Assembly (NCBI GenBank): GCA_964016885.1
Contig: OZ024742.1
Coordinates: forward strand, 106,640,001 to 106,704,000
Source of the DNA: Eledone cirrhosa
Lineage: Eukaryota
DNA: 64,000 bases
Direction: 5' to 3'
Numbering within the stretch: position 1 is the stretch's first letter; the number at the start of each line of letters is the position of its first letter. Made by a program: the position numbers and the translations under genes. The notes under the pieces are model-generated. The model made no database searches. It saw only the letters and a program-made list of their open reading frames with translations, and was not told where the DNA came from. This document shows, one piece after another, positions 13,453-27,965 of this stretch.

Positions 13453-16400
13453 ATACTTGGGGAGGGTCATATTTGTGTAATAATATTCCCAGAATTGATA
13501 ACAGAACACACTCACTATTTGGTTGGTTTTCGCTTCTGTGTTTTTTATATCGGTTAATTTAATTTATTCGGTCCTCAATGTTAGCAATGACTGACCAACG
13601 GTAAAAAATACAGATACAATATAGACACAAACACATATATATAGTTTAATAAAGTTCTTTCGTTGCACATCTGCAACATCGTCAGTGGTGCTATTATGTT
13701 TCCTCCCGTTGTATTGTATGCCTACGCCATCTTTATTTAGTCTGTTTATTTTTTTTTTCTGTCTTCTCTGCGCATGCGTTTGCGTGTGTGTGTGTAGTGT
13801 TTGATGTGCATTCGTGTTTGGGTGACTATGTATTGGTTATTGTATTCTATCTTAGTTTACTAGTGTGTGATTATATGTCTTTGTTGTTATTGTGCTTGTG
13901 TATGTATTTATTTATTTATTTATACTTCTCTTAGGTCAGTATTGTTTGTTTGGGTGTTGTTGTTATTCCATTCTTTTTTTCTGTTTAACCTTGGCCTTCT
14001 AAGTTCTATTTCGCTGGCCTCTCTTATTTGCCTATCTGTTGGGTCATTTCTATGTTTAGATATTATTCTAATTTCTATGTTGTCTATGTTACCGTTGTGT
14101 CGTCGTCTGGCATGTTCGTATAGTACTGAACCGTTTTTTTCGTCCTTTTAGTTCCCTCCAGTGGTGGTCTATCCTTTCACCTATGCTACGAGCTGTCTCG
14201 CCTATGTATGTTGTTGTCATGTTTCTGCAAGTACCCTCTGTACATCTTATGCTATAGACTACGTTTCTAGTTTTACAGTTTATCCGGGGGTTTAATTTAC
14301 ATATAATACATTTCCTATTAGTACAGTGGGTTTTCTTAAGAAGGTAGGTTTTGCTGATCAGGGATTTTATGGTGGTTCCTGGCTTTTCTACCACCTTAAT
14401 CTTTAAGTGGGTCTTTCTCAGGGCCTTTCTACACTGGTTAGCTAATTTTCCTCCAAGGGTAGCGTCCACAAACATGACACTCTGGTATCTCTGGTTGCCG
14501 TACCATGAGGTAGCTTTCCCTATCTTGTGTCTAGTCCTATCTAAGCTATTCCATGATTTGCTCCTGTATAATGGGCAAATTCCTTTCATGTCCAATATAT
14601 TAGGGTTTTATACTTCTCCGTGGCTCCTTCGTATACTCTGATTCCGTCTCTTTGGTTGTAGCCAGAGAACTGCATGCGGTTGATGAAGTGTTGGATGTGT
14701 CTTTCCATTTCTGTTGGGTCGCACATGCGGGACACGTTCTTCATCACTCGTACCAAGTCTGCGATCAGACTATTAAACTTAGCACTACTGGACATTGCTG
14801 AGTTTTTTAGTATCAGGTATTTGGAGGCCATGGGTTTAGCATAGTGTGAGTGGAGAATTTGGGCTCTCTCGTCTATAGTGTTAATCCAGAGTTCCGTGTC
14901 TAATACAGGTAGTCTATTGTTAGGGTGTTTGGAAGGGTAGTCGATAGTTACAGTTATACTCTGGTGTATGGAATTAGCTATCTGCTGGATGCTTTCCATT
15001 GTGCTACGTTCTAAATCAAACTTGTTAGTACTCTCTTGTGGGGATGTCCTTATTACTATATTGATGTCGTCTACGTAACGAGAGTACATGATGAGGTCTA
15101 TGGAGCTCTCATCAAGGAGATCTTTGAGTCTCCTTTCCCACCATACCATAAAAAGGTTGGCAACGTCACCAGCTATGGTGACACCAATGGCTGCTCCCTC
15201 ATTTTGGGTGTAGATCTTCTCGTTGAATTTGAATATGTGGCCCTTTAGGGTAGTTTTGATACTAGCCTCTATTGCATGTGCGACCATTTTTCTTACCTGA
15301 TCATTGTTTTAGGGGTCCGTATAGCTTTGGTCCACCCAATCCACCTTCCCATGGGAGTCTTTTTTGCCATTGAGGTTATGGTGGGAGTCAACCTCTTATG
15401 GGTCTACTGGGGCAGAAACGTCTAAGGTCATGGCTGTCTAGGTAGTCAGTGTCATAGGTAAGTCTAAGTAGGAGGCCCAGTTCGTCTGTGTCGACATCGC
15501 AGAACTCCACCTCACTCTCAATGATCATCTCCACACATTTTTCCACAGCAAAATCAATGTTAATGGATGGGTACAGTGATACCACATCCATACTGCCTAT
15601 TATGCAGTTGGATAGGTTTTTGTTTTTGTTGCACTCACTGATTCTGCTGAGGAGGTCCTTTGTACTGTCACATACATCTGGGGACATCTTGATTATGGGG
15701 CGTATAACCATTGAGAGGAAGTAGGAGATCCTGTAGTTGCTAGCTATATTTGCTCCGCATACAGGTCTTGTTGGTGGTCCTGTTGTCGGGCCGTCGACTG
15801 TCTTGTGGTATTTGCGGAGCCCATACAAGGGTAGTATGCCATTGTTAGACGCCTGGAAGTTGTTGGCAGTGCGTCTGCTTGGCTTTAGGATGTCGGTCCA
15901 CATCATCATGTGAGCGTTGAGGATTTTCTGTCTCCCATCATGTATTTGCTGTGCAATTTCGCTCGTGTTGGTGATGTGGGGTTGCATAGCCTTGATGTAG
16001 TTCGGCATGCTGTCTATTGACATCCTACCAGACTTATCCGTGGGTAGACATACTACCTCACCATCCCTTGTGCGCTGCTTGAGGCTTACCAAGCCTTCTA
16101 CAGACAACATAGACAACATAGAAATTAGAATAATATCTAAACATAGAAAAGACCCAGCAGATAGGCAAATCAGAGTGGCCAGAAAAATAGAACTTTGAAG
16201 GCCAAGGCTAAACAGAAAAAATGAATGGAATAACAACAACACCCAAACAAACAATACTGACCTAAGAGAAGTATAAATAAATAAATAAATACATACACAA
16301 GCACAATAACAACAAACACATATAAACACACACTAGTAAACTAAGATAGAATACAATAACCAATACACAGTCACCCAAACACGAACACACATCAAACACT

Positions 16401-16810
16401 ACACACACACGCAAACGCATGCGCAGAGAAGACAACAACAAAAAAATAAATAAATAAATAAATAAATAAACAGACTAAATAAAGATGGCGTAGGCATACA
16501 ATACAACGGGAGGAAACATAATAGCACCACTAACGATGTTGCAACGAAAGAACTTTGTTAGACTATATATATGTGTTTGTGTCTATATTGTATCTGTATT
16601 TTTTACCGTTGGTCAATCAATGGTAACATTAAGGACCGAATAAATTAAATTAACCGATATAAAAGACACAGAAGCAAAAACCAACCAAACAGTGAGTGTG
16701 GTCTGTTATCAATTCTGGCAATATTATTACACAAATATGACCCTCCCCAAGTATAACAATATTTGTTTCGACACACGATTTCATGTCAAAAACCTCGCAA
16801 AACTAAAAGA
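13447..16810 (-). mobile_element. Penelope-like retroelement (RT + C-terminal GIY-YIG), 5'-truncated, with ~650-bp inverted pLTR and ~48-bp tail, in (TA)n
   Basis: 13447-14089 is inverted at 16100-16762. Frameshifted ORFs carry TDKSG, GSMDVVSLYPSI, GAAIG, SRYVDD, LPVLD, C-x4-CIIC, NVVYSIRC and YIGETARS..ER..H. Confidence 0.93.
14089..16100 (-). pseudogene. PLE reverse transcriptase / GIY-YIG endonuclease ORF broken by frameshifts
   Basis: ORF track 15388..16329, 14586..15287 and 14089..14595 give colinear RT, thumb and EN motifs. Confidence 0.9.
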
Positions 16811-16817
16811 TATATAT

Positions 16818-18236
16818 ATATTTATTAAGATAAAAGTTTAAGCAAAGAATCGCTGCTTTCACCCTTAACGGGATCTTCTGAAACTAACAAAGTCAATCTG
16901 TAAACGCAGAAGTGGATATTTCAAAAAACGTTGCAACCGGAGCAAGACAGGAAGACGATACTTTGGTTCGTGGAAACGTTCCCTGGCAAAGAACGGGGGA
17001 AAACGAATATAATACGTCATTAATAGGAGCGGTGAAAGACAATTACGCGCAAATGGTATAAAAGAAGTCGTAGACTAATGTTCTCTTAGGTGGTGCATAG
17101 AGACGTTCTCTGGCAATGATCGAAAAAAACGAAGATAATACGTCATATGTGGAGCGTGGAGAACAATTGCACGCAAAGACAAAACCACGTAAATGGTATA
17201 GCAGAAGTCGTAGACTAAAATTCTAACTAGAAGACCGAATGAATCTCCGCTTCAGAGTTAAGAATAAAGTAAATAAATACAATACAGAGGTAATAGAAAT
17301 TAAATAAATGCATACACGCATACAAATACGTACATACACAAGCATACGCGAAAACACTTACCATAGGTATACAAAACCACGCACATATAAATATGTGTGT
17401 GTGTGTGTGCGTGTATACAAATAAATAAATAATTAAATAAACGTATATAAATAAATAAATACGTATATAACAAGCGCACACACATACCTACATGTAAATA
17501 CACAAATGTTCGGAGACGTAAGTCAATCAAAACATGAAGTACACATATACACACACCCTACATACGTACGAACCTGCATACTCACACAGATGCAAAACTC
17601 CCGTATACACATAACCAAACCATATGTACCAGAATATATAAAAGTATACGCCATAACATATACAATCAAATATACGTACGAGAAAGTATACGTACCTTCA
17701 CAAAACATACAGGTAATATATACTTACCTATGCAAATAAGTAATGGTATAAACAAAACATATACTTAGCTACCACATCAAGACGTAAAATATCCACGTAT
17801 AGATCGTACTATCCGTTAGGGTATAACGTGGGGCTGTAATACAGGAAAGTTTTGTGCAATTTACGTTTACAAGCCGAAATTGCCTCAGATTTTTTGTTTA
17901 AGATGTGGTCTGTGACGTAGAGTATTTCCAGGGCCTCAGCGGCGCAGAGGTCACATGGTCTTTTATTTCCGTTATACGATCTAGCCCTAGCTAGGATCTC
18001 CCAGTGTAACTTATATTGGGTGTGGTTGTCTTTTAGACTCCAGATATAAGCTGAAAGTGACGTCATATTCCTTCTTAGAGGGTAACGAAAAGAATGGGTA
18101 TGCATGTAAAGACGCTGCTTGAATCTATTGGCGGTTAACCCTATGTAGGCCCTACGGTTCTTATATATTTGATATATATTTATCCTTATCGAGCCCTCTT
18201 TGGATTTTAGTCTTCAAATTTATTATTATTACTATA
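16818..18236 (-). mobile_element. 5'-truncated PLE (Hydra-like GIY-YIG C-terminus, long 3' UTR) with inverted tail arm
   Basis: 17809-18152 (-): AYIGLTANRFKQRLYMHTHSF...LSAYIWSLK...WEIL...CDLCAAEALEI...LNKKSE. Termini shared with 30795-30848, 34230-34390 and 36973-37117. Confidence 0.85.
16835..16885 (-). ncRNA. Hammerhead-like motif with variant core CAGAAGA (U4A)
   Basis: Minus strand: agttt CAGAAGA t-ccc-gttaa-ggg-t GAAA gca-gcgattctt-tgc TT aaact. All three stems pair; same core in the copy at 36996-37043. Confidence 0.65.
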
Positions 18237-19087
<851 letters not shown>

Positions 19088-19094
19088 GTATATA

Positions 19095-19126
<32 letters not shown>

Positions 19127-19128
19127 CA

Positions 19129-19177
<49 letters not shown>

Positions 19178-19214
19178 CCATATATTTATATACAAACATA
19201 GATACATATATATA

Positions 19215-19349
<135 letters not shown>

Positions 19350-19444
19350 TACAATTTAGAAATTAAAAATTAAAAAATATATGATCAACACTACTGTGTT
19401 TTTTTTTGCAAAATGACAATAATTTTTTAGCCAGATAGAAATAC

Positions 19445-19505
<61 letters not shown>

Positions 19506-20484
19506 GGGAGAGAGAGAGAGAAAGATGTGGATGTGTGCATATACGTGTATAAGCGTGTTTGTCTTTATGTGTTGGTACTTTGTATTGTACACAAATTGCT
19601 TAGAATATTGAAATTTTTGAATAATTCTATGCGTGTGTGTATTCTATACAAACATACATACACACTTTATATTACATGTTTGCATGCATGTGTGTGCTTG
19701 TGCGTGTATGCGTGTGTGGGTGCGCGCGCGTACGCGTGTGTGTGTGCGTGCGTGCGTGTGTATGTGCACGTGTGTATTTCTGAAATACCTAGTTTTCAGA
19801 CGAGCTGGTCCACAATTGAAAGAACTCCACACTATGACAGGCAAAGAATATAAGATTTATTTAGTAAAACTTTCGAGTTCAGAATTTCACCTATGAAAGC
19901 ATCTTCAGGGAGATTAAAAAGAAAAGACGATTATTTATATTCTTAAAGTTTGAGCAAAAACAAAGTAAAAGAAAAAGTCAAAAATAACAACAACGAATAA
20001 ATATAGTAACAAGAAAAAGAAAGAACACGAAGTCTATATCTGGCCAAATGTTGGGGTGTGTTTAAAGATACCATAAAGGTCAAAGACATAAAGACTGGAT
20101 AGGCCAAGCCACACGAAGTTAAGTTCTTTTTCTGATATAGGTAAAAACGTTTCTTGATAAGACTCTACCCAAGATTAAGGAAGTTTTATTTTTAACCCTA
20201 TAAAACAACAAACATGTTTCGCTGGCTCTTCTCCACGACAATACTTTCACCATTTTGTCAGAAGGGCGCAGCAATATGTACCTAATGGCTTATAGAGTCT
20301 GCTGGTTCCTTCCCCTATACCTTTCTTTAATTGTTTGAACTATATATATCGACAGTCGATCAACAAGATCCCAGACCTCATCAAATCAGACCGAGGAAAC
20401 AATGTTTCCATTGGTCTTTCCAATTTCTAATACTATCTACCGGGTCAAATCCAGGCAGAAGGAGCAACGTGAATAAAAGAGTCT

Positions 20485-20546
<62 letters not shown>

Positions 20547-20550
<4 letters not shown>

Positions 20551-21060
20551 CTGAGTTTTTCGAATATTAATAATAACATTCGATTCGTTTGCAATTATGC
20601 AAACAAGCCTCGTTTTTAAAGCCATGTCAGTAGAATGAACCCTTCATTCTTGCTCTTGTGTTGCATGTAGACAGAACTGCAGACACTAATATTTCTGGGT
20701 ATCACCCTTCATCAGTACAGCTCACTGTTCACCTGCCAACTGTCAGAGCTAGTGAAAATATATGATATTTTCTAAAATACACAGTGACTGATCGGCCTGA
20801 TTTGCATATTAGCAGACTGGCTGATCAGTCAGATCTGCATATTAGCAGATCCACTGATCAGCCAGATTTGCATATCAGCAGACTGGCCAGTCAGTTTCCT
20901 GTATACCAGCGATAAATGGCCGGCTTTGCCACATTCAAATAAAAACAATTTTAAAATGTTTTTCGCTCTACATGTCTGAATACAATAAATGTAATCTGAG
21001 TTTTTCGAATATTAATAATAACATTCGATTCGCTTGCAATTATGCAAACAAGCCTCATTT
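20547..21060 (-). mobile_element. Non-autonomous HHR-bearing element, ~445-bp unit with ~68-bp terminal direct repeat, in (TA)n
   Basis: taatctgagtttttcgaatattaataataacattcgattcg...caagcctc at ~20548 and ~20993; HHR inside; (TA)n on both sides. Confidence 0.8.
20677..20720 (-). ncRNA. Minimal type I hammerhead ribozyme
   Basis: Minus strand: ctgta CTGATGA a-gggt-gat-accc-a GAAA tattagtg TC tgcag. Confidence 0.8.
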
Positions 21061-21067
21061 ATATATA

Positions 21068-21141
<74 letters not shown>

Positions 21142-21319
21142 CTAAGAGATTAATGAGAGCCCGAAAAGCAGAAAATAACAGCATAAAAATCTATCTCCGT
21201 CTTTAAGAGTTTACTCAATTTTAACTATTCAGTGATCGATTGGTGAGGCTATTTTCTGCATTTAAGACTGTCACATTGTCAAATTTCAAACATTCCCAGC
21301 ACATGGATAATGCATAATG

Positions 21320-21351
<32 letters not shown>

Positions 21352-21439
21352 CATACATTCATACATACATACATACATACATACATACATACATACATAC
21401 ATACATACATACATACATACATACATACATACATACATA

Positions 21440-21915
21440 ACCTTTCCTGAGTGCTCATTTAAACACTGAGTGTTCAATCCTTTTGACCTGACTTCTCCGA
21501 CCAGATCTACTCTCTGGCTCGTTTTTCCCAATCCTCAACAATAATACTATGAGTCATAAGGATGTCCTTGACAACCTCCCTGAAACGTTCCTGGGTATGT
21601 GTCTGGGGCGTTTACCAAGAGTTAACTCTCCATACCGAATTTGCTTAGGCAACCTCTCATCTCCCATCCGCCTTAAAAACCTTGCCCAACAAAATTGGTT
21701 TCCAATGAGTAGTTTTTCTCAGCTGCATCTATTGGCCCGCTACAGAACAACGGTGGCAGGTGTAAATGACTGCCACTTAATGTTCATAATACGCCTTAGG
21801 CATCTTTGGTGGAATTTTTCCAAAGTCTTGAAATGGTATCAGTATGTGGTCCAAGTGTCAGAAGAGTACAAAAGAGCAGAGAGGACACAGGATTGGTAGA
21901 CACTTATCTTAGAGC
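21440..21915 (-). mobile_element. Degraded RTE-clade LINE ORF C-terminal fragment with (TGTA)n tail
   Basis: Minus-strand translation FHQRCLRRIMNIKWQ...RRMGDERLPKQIRYGEL..GKRPRHIPRKRF, with stops. Confidence 0.75.
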
Positions 21916-21928
21916 CATACATAGATAC

Positions 21929-22230
21929 ATGATGGCTGCCCTCTCGTTATCGAGTATGGCCATTGCACGATATACCATTATTAATTAATTCTATCGTGCA
22001 ATGCCTGTGCGTGAAGATATATTTTAAAGTGAGGAAAGACTGTGCACTGAACCAATCCCACTCTCTGAGCGACAGTAGCTATAACCCGAAAAGAAGAAAA
22101 AATCAACATCATCGGTAACTACTGAGACGCAGGTTTTATATCGGAGTTATCCCAGTTTCCTGAGTTGCCTTCACTCCCAGTGGTTAAACCGCGCGATCAG
22201 GTGTCCAGCCCGACTATTTCTATGATACAT
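21929..22230 (-). mobile_element. RTE-related non-autonomous element, family 2
   Basis: Matches 5790-6002 and extends further 5'; followed by (TACA)n. Confidence 0.7.
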
Positions 22231-22739
22231 AGATACATATATGCATACATACACACATACATACATACATACATACATACATACATACATACATACATAC
22301 ATTCATACATACATACACACATACATTCATACATACATACATACATACATACATACATACATACATAATTACATAATACAAACATACTTACATACATAAT
22401 ACATACATACATACATACATACATACATACATACATACATACATACATACATACATACATACATACATACATAATTACATAATACAAACATACATATATA
22501 TACATGTATGTATTTATTATAATGTTATTGACACAGGTTGTGTCGTGTTCAAACTGACTGATTTAACAAGGCACAGACCGCAACACACGTAATATACTGT
22601 TAATAAAAATACGATTATATATTAGATTCTCTCTCTCTCTCTCTCTCTCTCGATCTATCTATCTACACACACACATACTCACATACACACACACACACAC
22701 ACATATCTAAATGTATATATATTAGTTCTTCACGCTTTA

Positions 22740-22823
<84 letters not shown>

Positions 22824-22878
22824 CGGTGCCCCAGCATGGCCTCAGCCGGATCGCTGAAACAGGTAAAAGAGTAAAAGA

Positions 22879-22995
<117 letters not shown>

Positions 22996-23007
22996 GTATA
23001 TATATAT

Positions 23008-23179
23008 AGGGCCGTGGATTGGCAGTATTAGTAGAGGGTCAGACGCCATGCTTTCCAGCATAGTTACGTCCCTAGGTCAAATCCCGCCGAGGTTGACTTT
23101 GCCTTTCATCCTTACGGGGTCGATAAAATAAAGTACCAGTAATGCACTGGGTAATTGCTGGCCTTGTGCCTAAAGTAGA

Positions 23180-23188
<9 letters not shown>
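23008..23188 (+). mobile_element. tRNA-derived SINE (short-tail subfamily)
   Basis: Homologous to 1102-1316, with the gtaccagtaatgcactggg(g)taattgctgg deletion variant. Confidence 0.85.
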
Positions 23189-23244
<56 letters not shown>

Positions 23245-23356
23245 TATATATATATATATCTATATGTATACATACATACATACATACATACATACATACA
23301 TACATACATACATACATACATACATACATACATACATACATACATACATACATACA

Positions 23357-23682
23357 TAGTGGCTGCCAACTCGTTTTCGAGTACGGCCACTACTTTATTT
23401 CCATGTAGGAGAACCCCTACCGATGCGCTGAACGAATATGACTTTTTAGCCCAGCCAGCGACTTGAAAACTCTGGTACAAACACTACACTTGTGACAATT
23501 ATTGACACATAGCGCTGGGCCCATGGTACCATGTGACGACAAGTGCAGAGAGATCTCCAGATATAAAGCAATGTCTGTGCCGTGAAGCTTTTATAGTGAG
23601 CAAAGGCACTGCACAAATTCAGTCCCACTCTCTTAACCAAGATGATATTTACCAAAAAGAAGAACAAGTCAACATCATTGGA
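23357..23682 (-). mobile_element. RTE-derived non-autonomous retroelement, family 1, 5'-truncated
   Basis: Matches the 3' part of 4021-4553; pure (TACA)n on both sides. Confidence 0.85.
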
Positions 23683-23750
23683 TACATACATACATACATA
23701 CATACATACATACATACATACATACATACATACATACATACATACATACA

Positions 23751-26700
23751 TTCCATCAGTCAACGCGATCAGTCGCATATTTTGGCGTGGGAGACTATTT
23801 ATTAAATTTAAGATGAATACTATCTCCGACAGTAATGCCACAACTACAGCCAGGTTGAATAACTGGTTATTCTTCTAACTATCCCTTCTGAAGACAACTT
23901 TTATTCGAATTCGTAGAGATATCCGACTAAATACATAATTCATTTTACAAGGATTTGCTACAAACAGCATGGCTGAACACAACATCAACAAGAAAATTAA
24001 GGAAATATCGAAGACAAATAACAAAGAAGGTAATCAAACTTTATTCAGTTGTAGCTACAGAAGAAACCGAAATTATAAATCGCATTTCTCTTGGAGTTGC
24101 GAACTTAATAATGATTTATTTAATTGTTATAAAATGGCAAAAAAAAATCCCTCCATTGGCTATATGAATAGAATGAAGCTACACTGGGACGAAATGCACC
24201 CAGAGCTAAATTATTTCACAGCGAAACAATTACGCCAACAAGCGACGTTTGTTGAACGTGAAAATAAGATAAATATTATTAATTGTAAGTCCCCCACAAC
24301 AAACATGGAATCAACAACACGTGCTACAGATCGCCATGCTACTAGACTTCCTAGCAGCCAGGTCGAACAGCGCCTTGAAACAACTATGCCTGTAAGAAAC
24401 TTGACACTACCTGTACCATCTAAGTCTACCTCGAATGCTGGGGAAAACACTATCGATAATAATAATAATCGAAGAAATAATAATAATAATCGAATAAATG
24501 TGACACCACGTATACCATCCGAGTCTACCTCGACTGTTGTGGAAAATACTATAGATAATGATAATCAAAAGTATAAACAATTGAATATTTCCCTCAACGA
24601 AATCTTCCAGAGAGAAATTAACTCATGTATAAATATCTCTCTGGCTGAACGAGTTAAAATGACAATGGTGAATAAAAAAAAACAAATAATGAAATACTAC
24701 GTGTTATTGACGAAATAGGGGATGAATATTTACGACGGATTAAAACCCCAACATTTTGGCAAAGCAACACCTGTTTATATGCCTTAGCAATGACAGTGAA
24801 GCATTATCTTGGTGATAGCAGAGATATTAACAAGAACAAAACACCACCAAAAATACCATCATATGTAACTAAAATAGAAAAAAAGAGTGCTGACCAACGA
24901 AAAAACATAGGATATGTGACAATGCTCCTTACATGCAAACAAACACAAAAAAACCTCACTCCTCACCAACAAAGAGTGAAAAATAAAATAGAGACGATGT
25001 TTGGTAACAGTAGAACCAGAACTCTCCAATATAAGCTGATCACCCTCAAACAAGAATTGAGAGCTGTTAGCGAAAACGCCGATACCTGAAGAAGGTAGAT
25101 GAGAGAAAAATGCTTAATAAAAGATTCAGACTAAACCAAACATCAGTCTATAGAGATATGAAGGGCAAAATAATAAGTGTCACTGAGGCCCCATCCCAGA
25201 AAGACATAGATCTCTTTTGGAGAAAAATATGGGGTGAAAAGAAGAATTTCAACCAAGATGCAGTGTGGCTAAGAGAAATCCGAAAGAACTATTGCTCCTA
25301 CACTACAACAAAAACATACGAAATAAATGAGGGTACCCTTGAGACTGTGATAGGAAAACTCCAAGATAAGAAAACACCAGGAAGAGACATGAGTGTCGGC
25401 TACTGGTACAAAAAACTAATATTCTATCGGAGGTATCTTACTGACCTCTACCAACAAGTTCTTAAGGAAGATACACTTATACCAGAATGGTTGACATTAG
25501 CACAAACGTTACTGATCCCCAAGAACAAAGACACCCACTTGGCAAAAAACTACCGACCCATTGCATGCCAGAACCTGATGTATAAGATGTATACAGCCTG
25601 CCTGAACCTATTCCTCCAAGATCACTGTGAAAATAATAACATCATCACAGATGAACAAGCAGCTGGAAAGAAAAGGGTTTGGGGATGTGCTGAACAACTC
25701 CTAATCAACAAAACTGCGATGTCGGAGGTGCGACAACTTAGGAGGAATATGACTACAGTCTGGCTAGACTACAAGAAAGCTTTCGATTCTGTTCCCCACT
25801 CTTGGATGATAGAGGCCCTCCAACTTGCTAAAGTCCCAGACATTATTGTCAGAGCCATAGAGAGGCTGTCTTCTTCTTAGGCTACTATCCTAAGGTTAAA
25901 GACAGAGAGGGAGGACTCTATTTTCACTGATAAAATAAAATATTGCAGGGGTATATTTCAGGAGGACAGTCTCTCTGTGATATTGTTCATCTTGTCATTA
26001 AACCCCTTGTCCTTTCTGCTCAAGAAATGTGAGGGATACATCATTAGCTCACAGGAGGACAGAAATACGAACCTAACCCATAACTTATTTGTGGACGATC
26101 TGAAACTCTATGCCAAGAACATGGATGGGTTGAAGAAAAATCTTGACCTGGTTACAACGTTCTCAAAGGATATAGGAATGGAGTTTGGCCAAGATAAATG
26201 CTTATACATGACTGTAAAGCGGGGAAAAACAACAACCCAATCTAGCAACATTGTCATCAATGGTCTAACTGTTTCACCGATATCTGATGAGGACTGCTAC
26301 AGATACCTGGGGATAGATGAGAACATATCCTATAATGGTATCTGTAATAAAGAACGCGTAACCAGGGAATACTACACCCGATTAAGAAAGATCTGGTCAT
26401 CGGAACTCTCTGCGCAAAACAAAACAGTGGCTCACAGTGTGTTTGCAGTGCCTGTCCTAACACCAACGTTTGGAATACACAATTGGACGATAGACGAAAT
26501 CCGAGCAGTTGATGTTGGAACTCGAAAAATACTGAACAACACCGGAAACTTCCACATCAACAGTGACATAGACCGCCTTTACTTGAAACGTAAGCAGGGA
26601 GGCAGAGGCCTAACATCAGTCCAGACAACATTTGAATATCGCATCATATCTCTCCGACAACATCTACGAACCTCGAAGCGTAGGAGCCTGCTTCTCGAGC

Positions 26701-27860
26701 AAGTCTATCTGCATGAAACAGATAAGATCATGAGAGTTGGGAAGGAACTCCTTGAGAGATATTCCCTGTGTGATAATCAAAAACTCACACCCAGGGATGT
26801 CGCTCAGCAGTATCGCAGTGAATCCATGGATGAAAAACAGCATGCCTATCAGCAAAATATCATGCATGGATATGTTGCCAGGAAGCTCCAGAGAGAGAGT
26901 AATATAGATAAGGAAAGTAGTCTATCTTGGACCAACAACCGCTATATTGGCTCCCACTTTGAAGGATACGCTTTTGCAATCCAAGAACAGGAGATTAGCA
27001 CGAAATACCTGATTCACAAAAGAGATTGTGATAACAAGTGCAGACTCTGCAGAATTAACATCGAGGATATCACCCATGTCATCAGCAGCTGCCCAAAGAT
27101 GTCATCGCGGTACTATCTACCTATGAGGCATGATGTAGTGGCCAAAACACTGTACAATGCAGTTCGTAAAAAAGATAGCCCCGATAATAAACACATTAAA
27201 AGCTACAACAATGTGGAAGACATCCATGTACATAATATGAAAGAGTACTGGTGGAATGTTCCAGTAAAAACCCCAATAAAATGCAGGCATAACAGACCAC
27301 ATATTATGATATGGGACAGGGATAAGAAAACATGCACAGTAGTGGAAATTAGCTGCCCAGCAGATGCCAATATAATATCAAAGATTAGTGAAAGGGAGAA
27401 TATTTATGCAGAACTGATGAGAAATCTGCAGATACTCCACCCTGATTACACCTTCAGATTTATGCCTGTGATTATTGGGGCACTGGGATAAGTTAGTAAC
27501 TGCCTCAATACAAATCTTGAAAAGCTGGGCTTCACAGGAACAGAAAGAACACAACTAGTTAGGAAACTACAAGTACAATCCATTAATGGAACAGTAAAAA
27601 TATGTAAAACATTCCAAAAATTTTGCATCTAATAACTGCATATACACATGTACAGATACAAAGCATATACACATGCACACATACAACTCAAAATATACAC
27701 ATCCACACATACAATAACATCCATATCTACACATGCATGCATACATACATATCTACCTAGTTGATGTTGTTTAAATTCCATTGAGAAAGTATTGTGTCTA
27801 TGTTAGAAACCGACTCTCTCTCTATTGGTAAAACTTTGTGAAATTATAAAACCAGAAGAA
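23751..27860 (+). mobile_element. Near full-length R4/Dong-type RLE non-LTR retrotransposon, family B (disabled), in (TACA)n
   Basis: N-terminal W..E....L..CY...GYMNRM..HW...HP domain; RT (NYRPIAC, WLDYKKAFDSVPH, LFVDDLKLY, YRYLG); CCHC; RHD; RLE (RPH..IWD...VEISCP); several stops/frameshifts; (CATA)n on both flanks. Confidence 0.93.
23969..27632 (+). pseudogene. Single-ORF RT-RLE polyprotein of Dong/R4 family B, interrupted
   Basis: ORF track pieces 23969..24718, 24790..25089, 25110..25880 and 25977..27491, with continuation to TAA at 27632. Confidence 0.88.
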
Positions 27861-27965
27861 CATACATACATACGTACATACGTACATACATACATACATA
27901 CATACATACATACATACATACATACATACATACATACATACATACATACATACATACATACATAC

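Noticed and set aside
13447-16762. DNA transposon with 650-bp TIRs
   Set aside because: The interior encodes PLE RT/GIY-YIG, not a transposase; the 'TIR' is an inverted copy of the element's 3' end with an extra tail on one side.
19860-19915. Possible hammerhead on the minus strand (ctgaaga...gaaa)
   Set aside because: Stems I and II pair poorly; at best a decayed motif.
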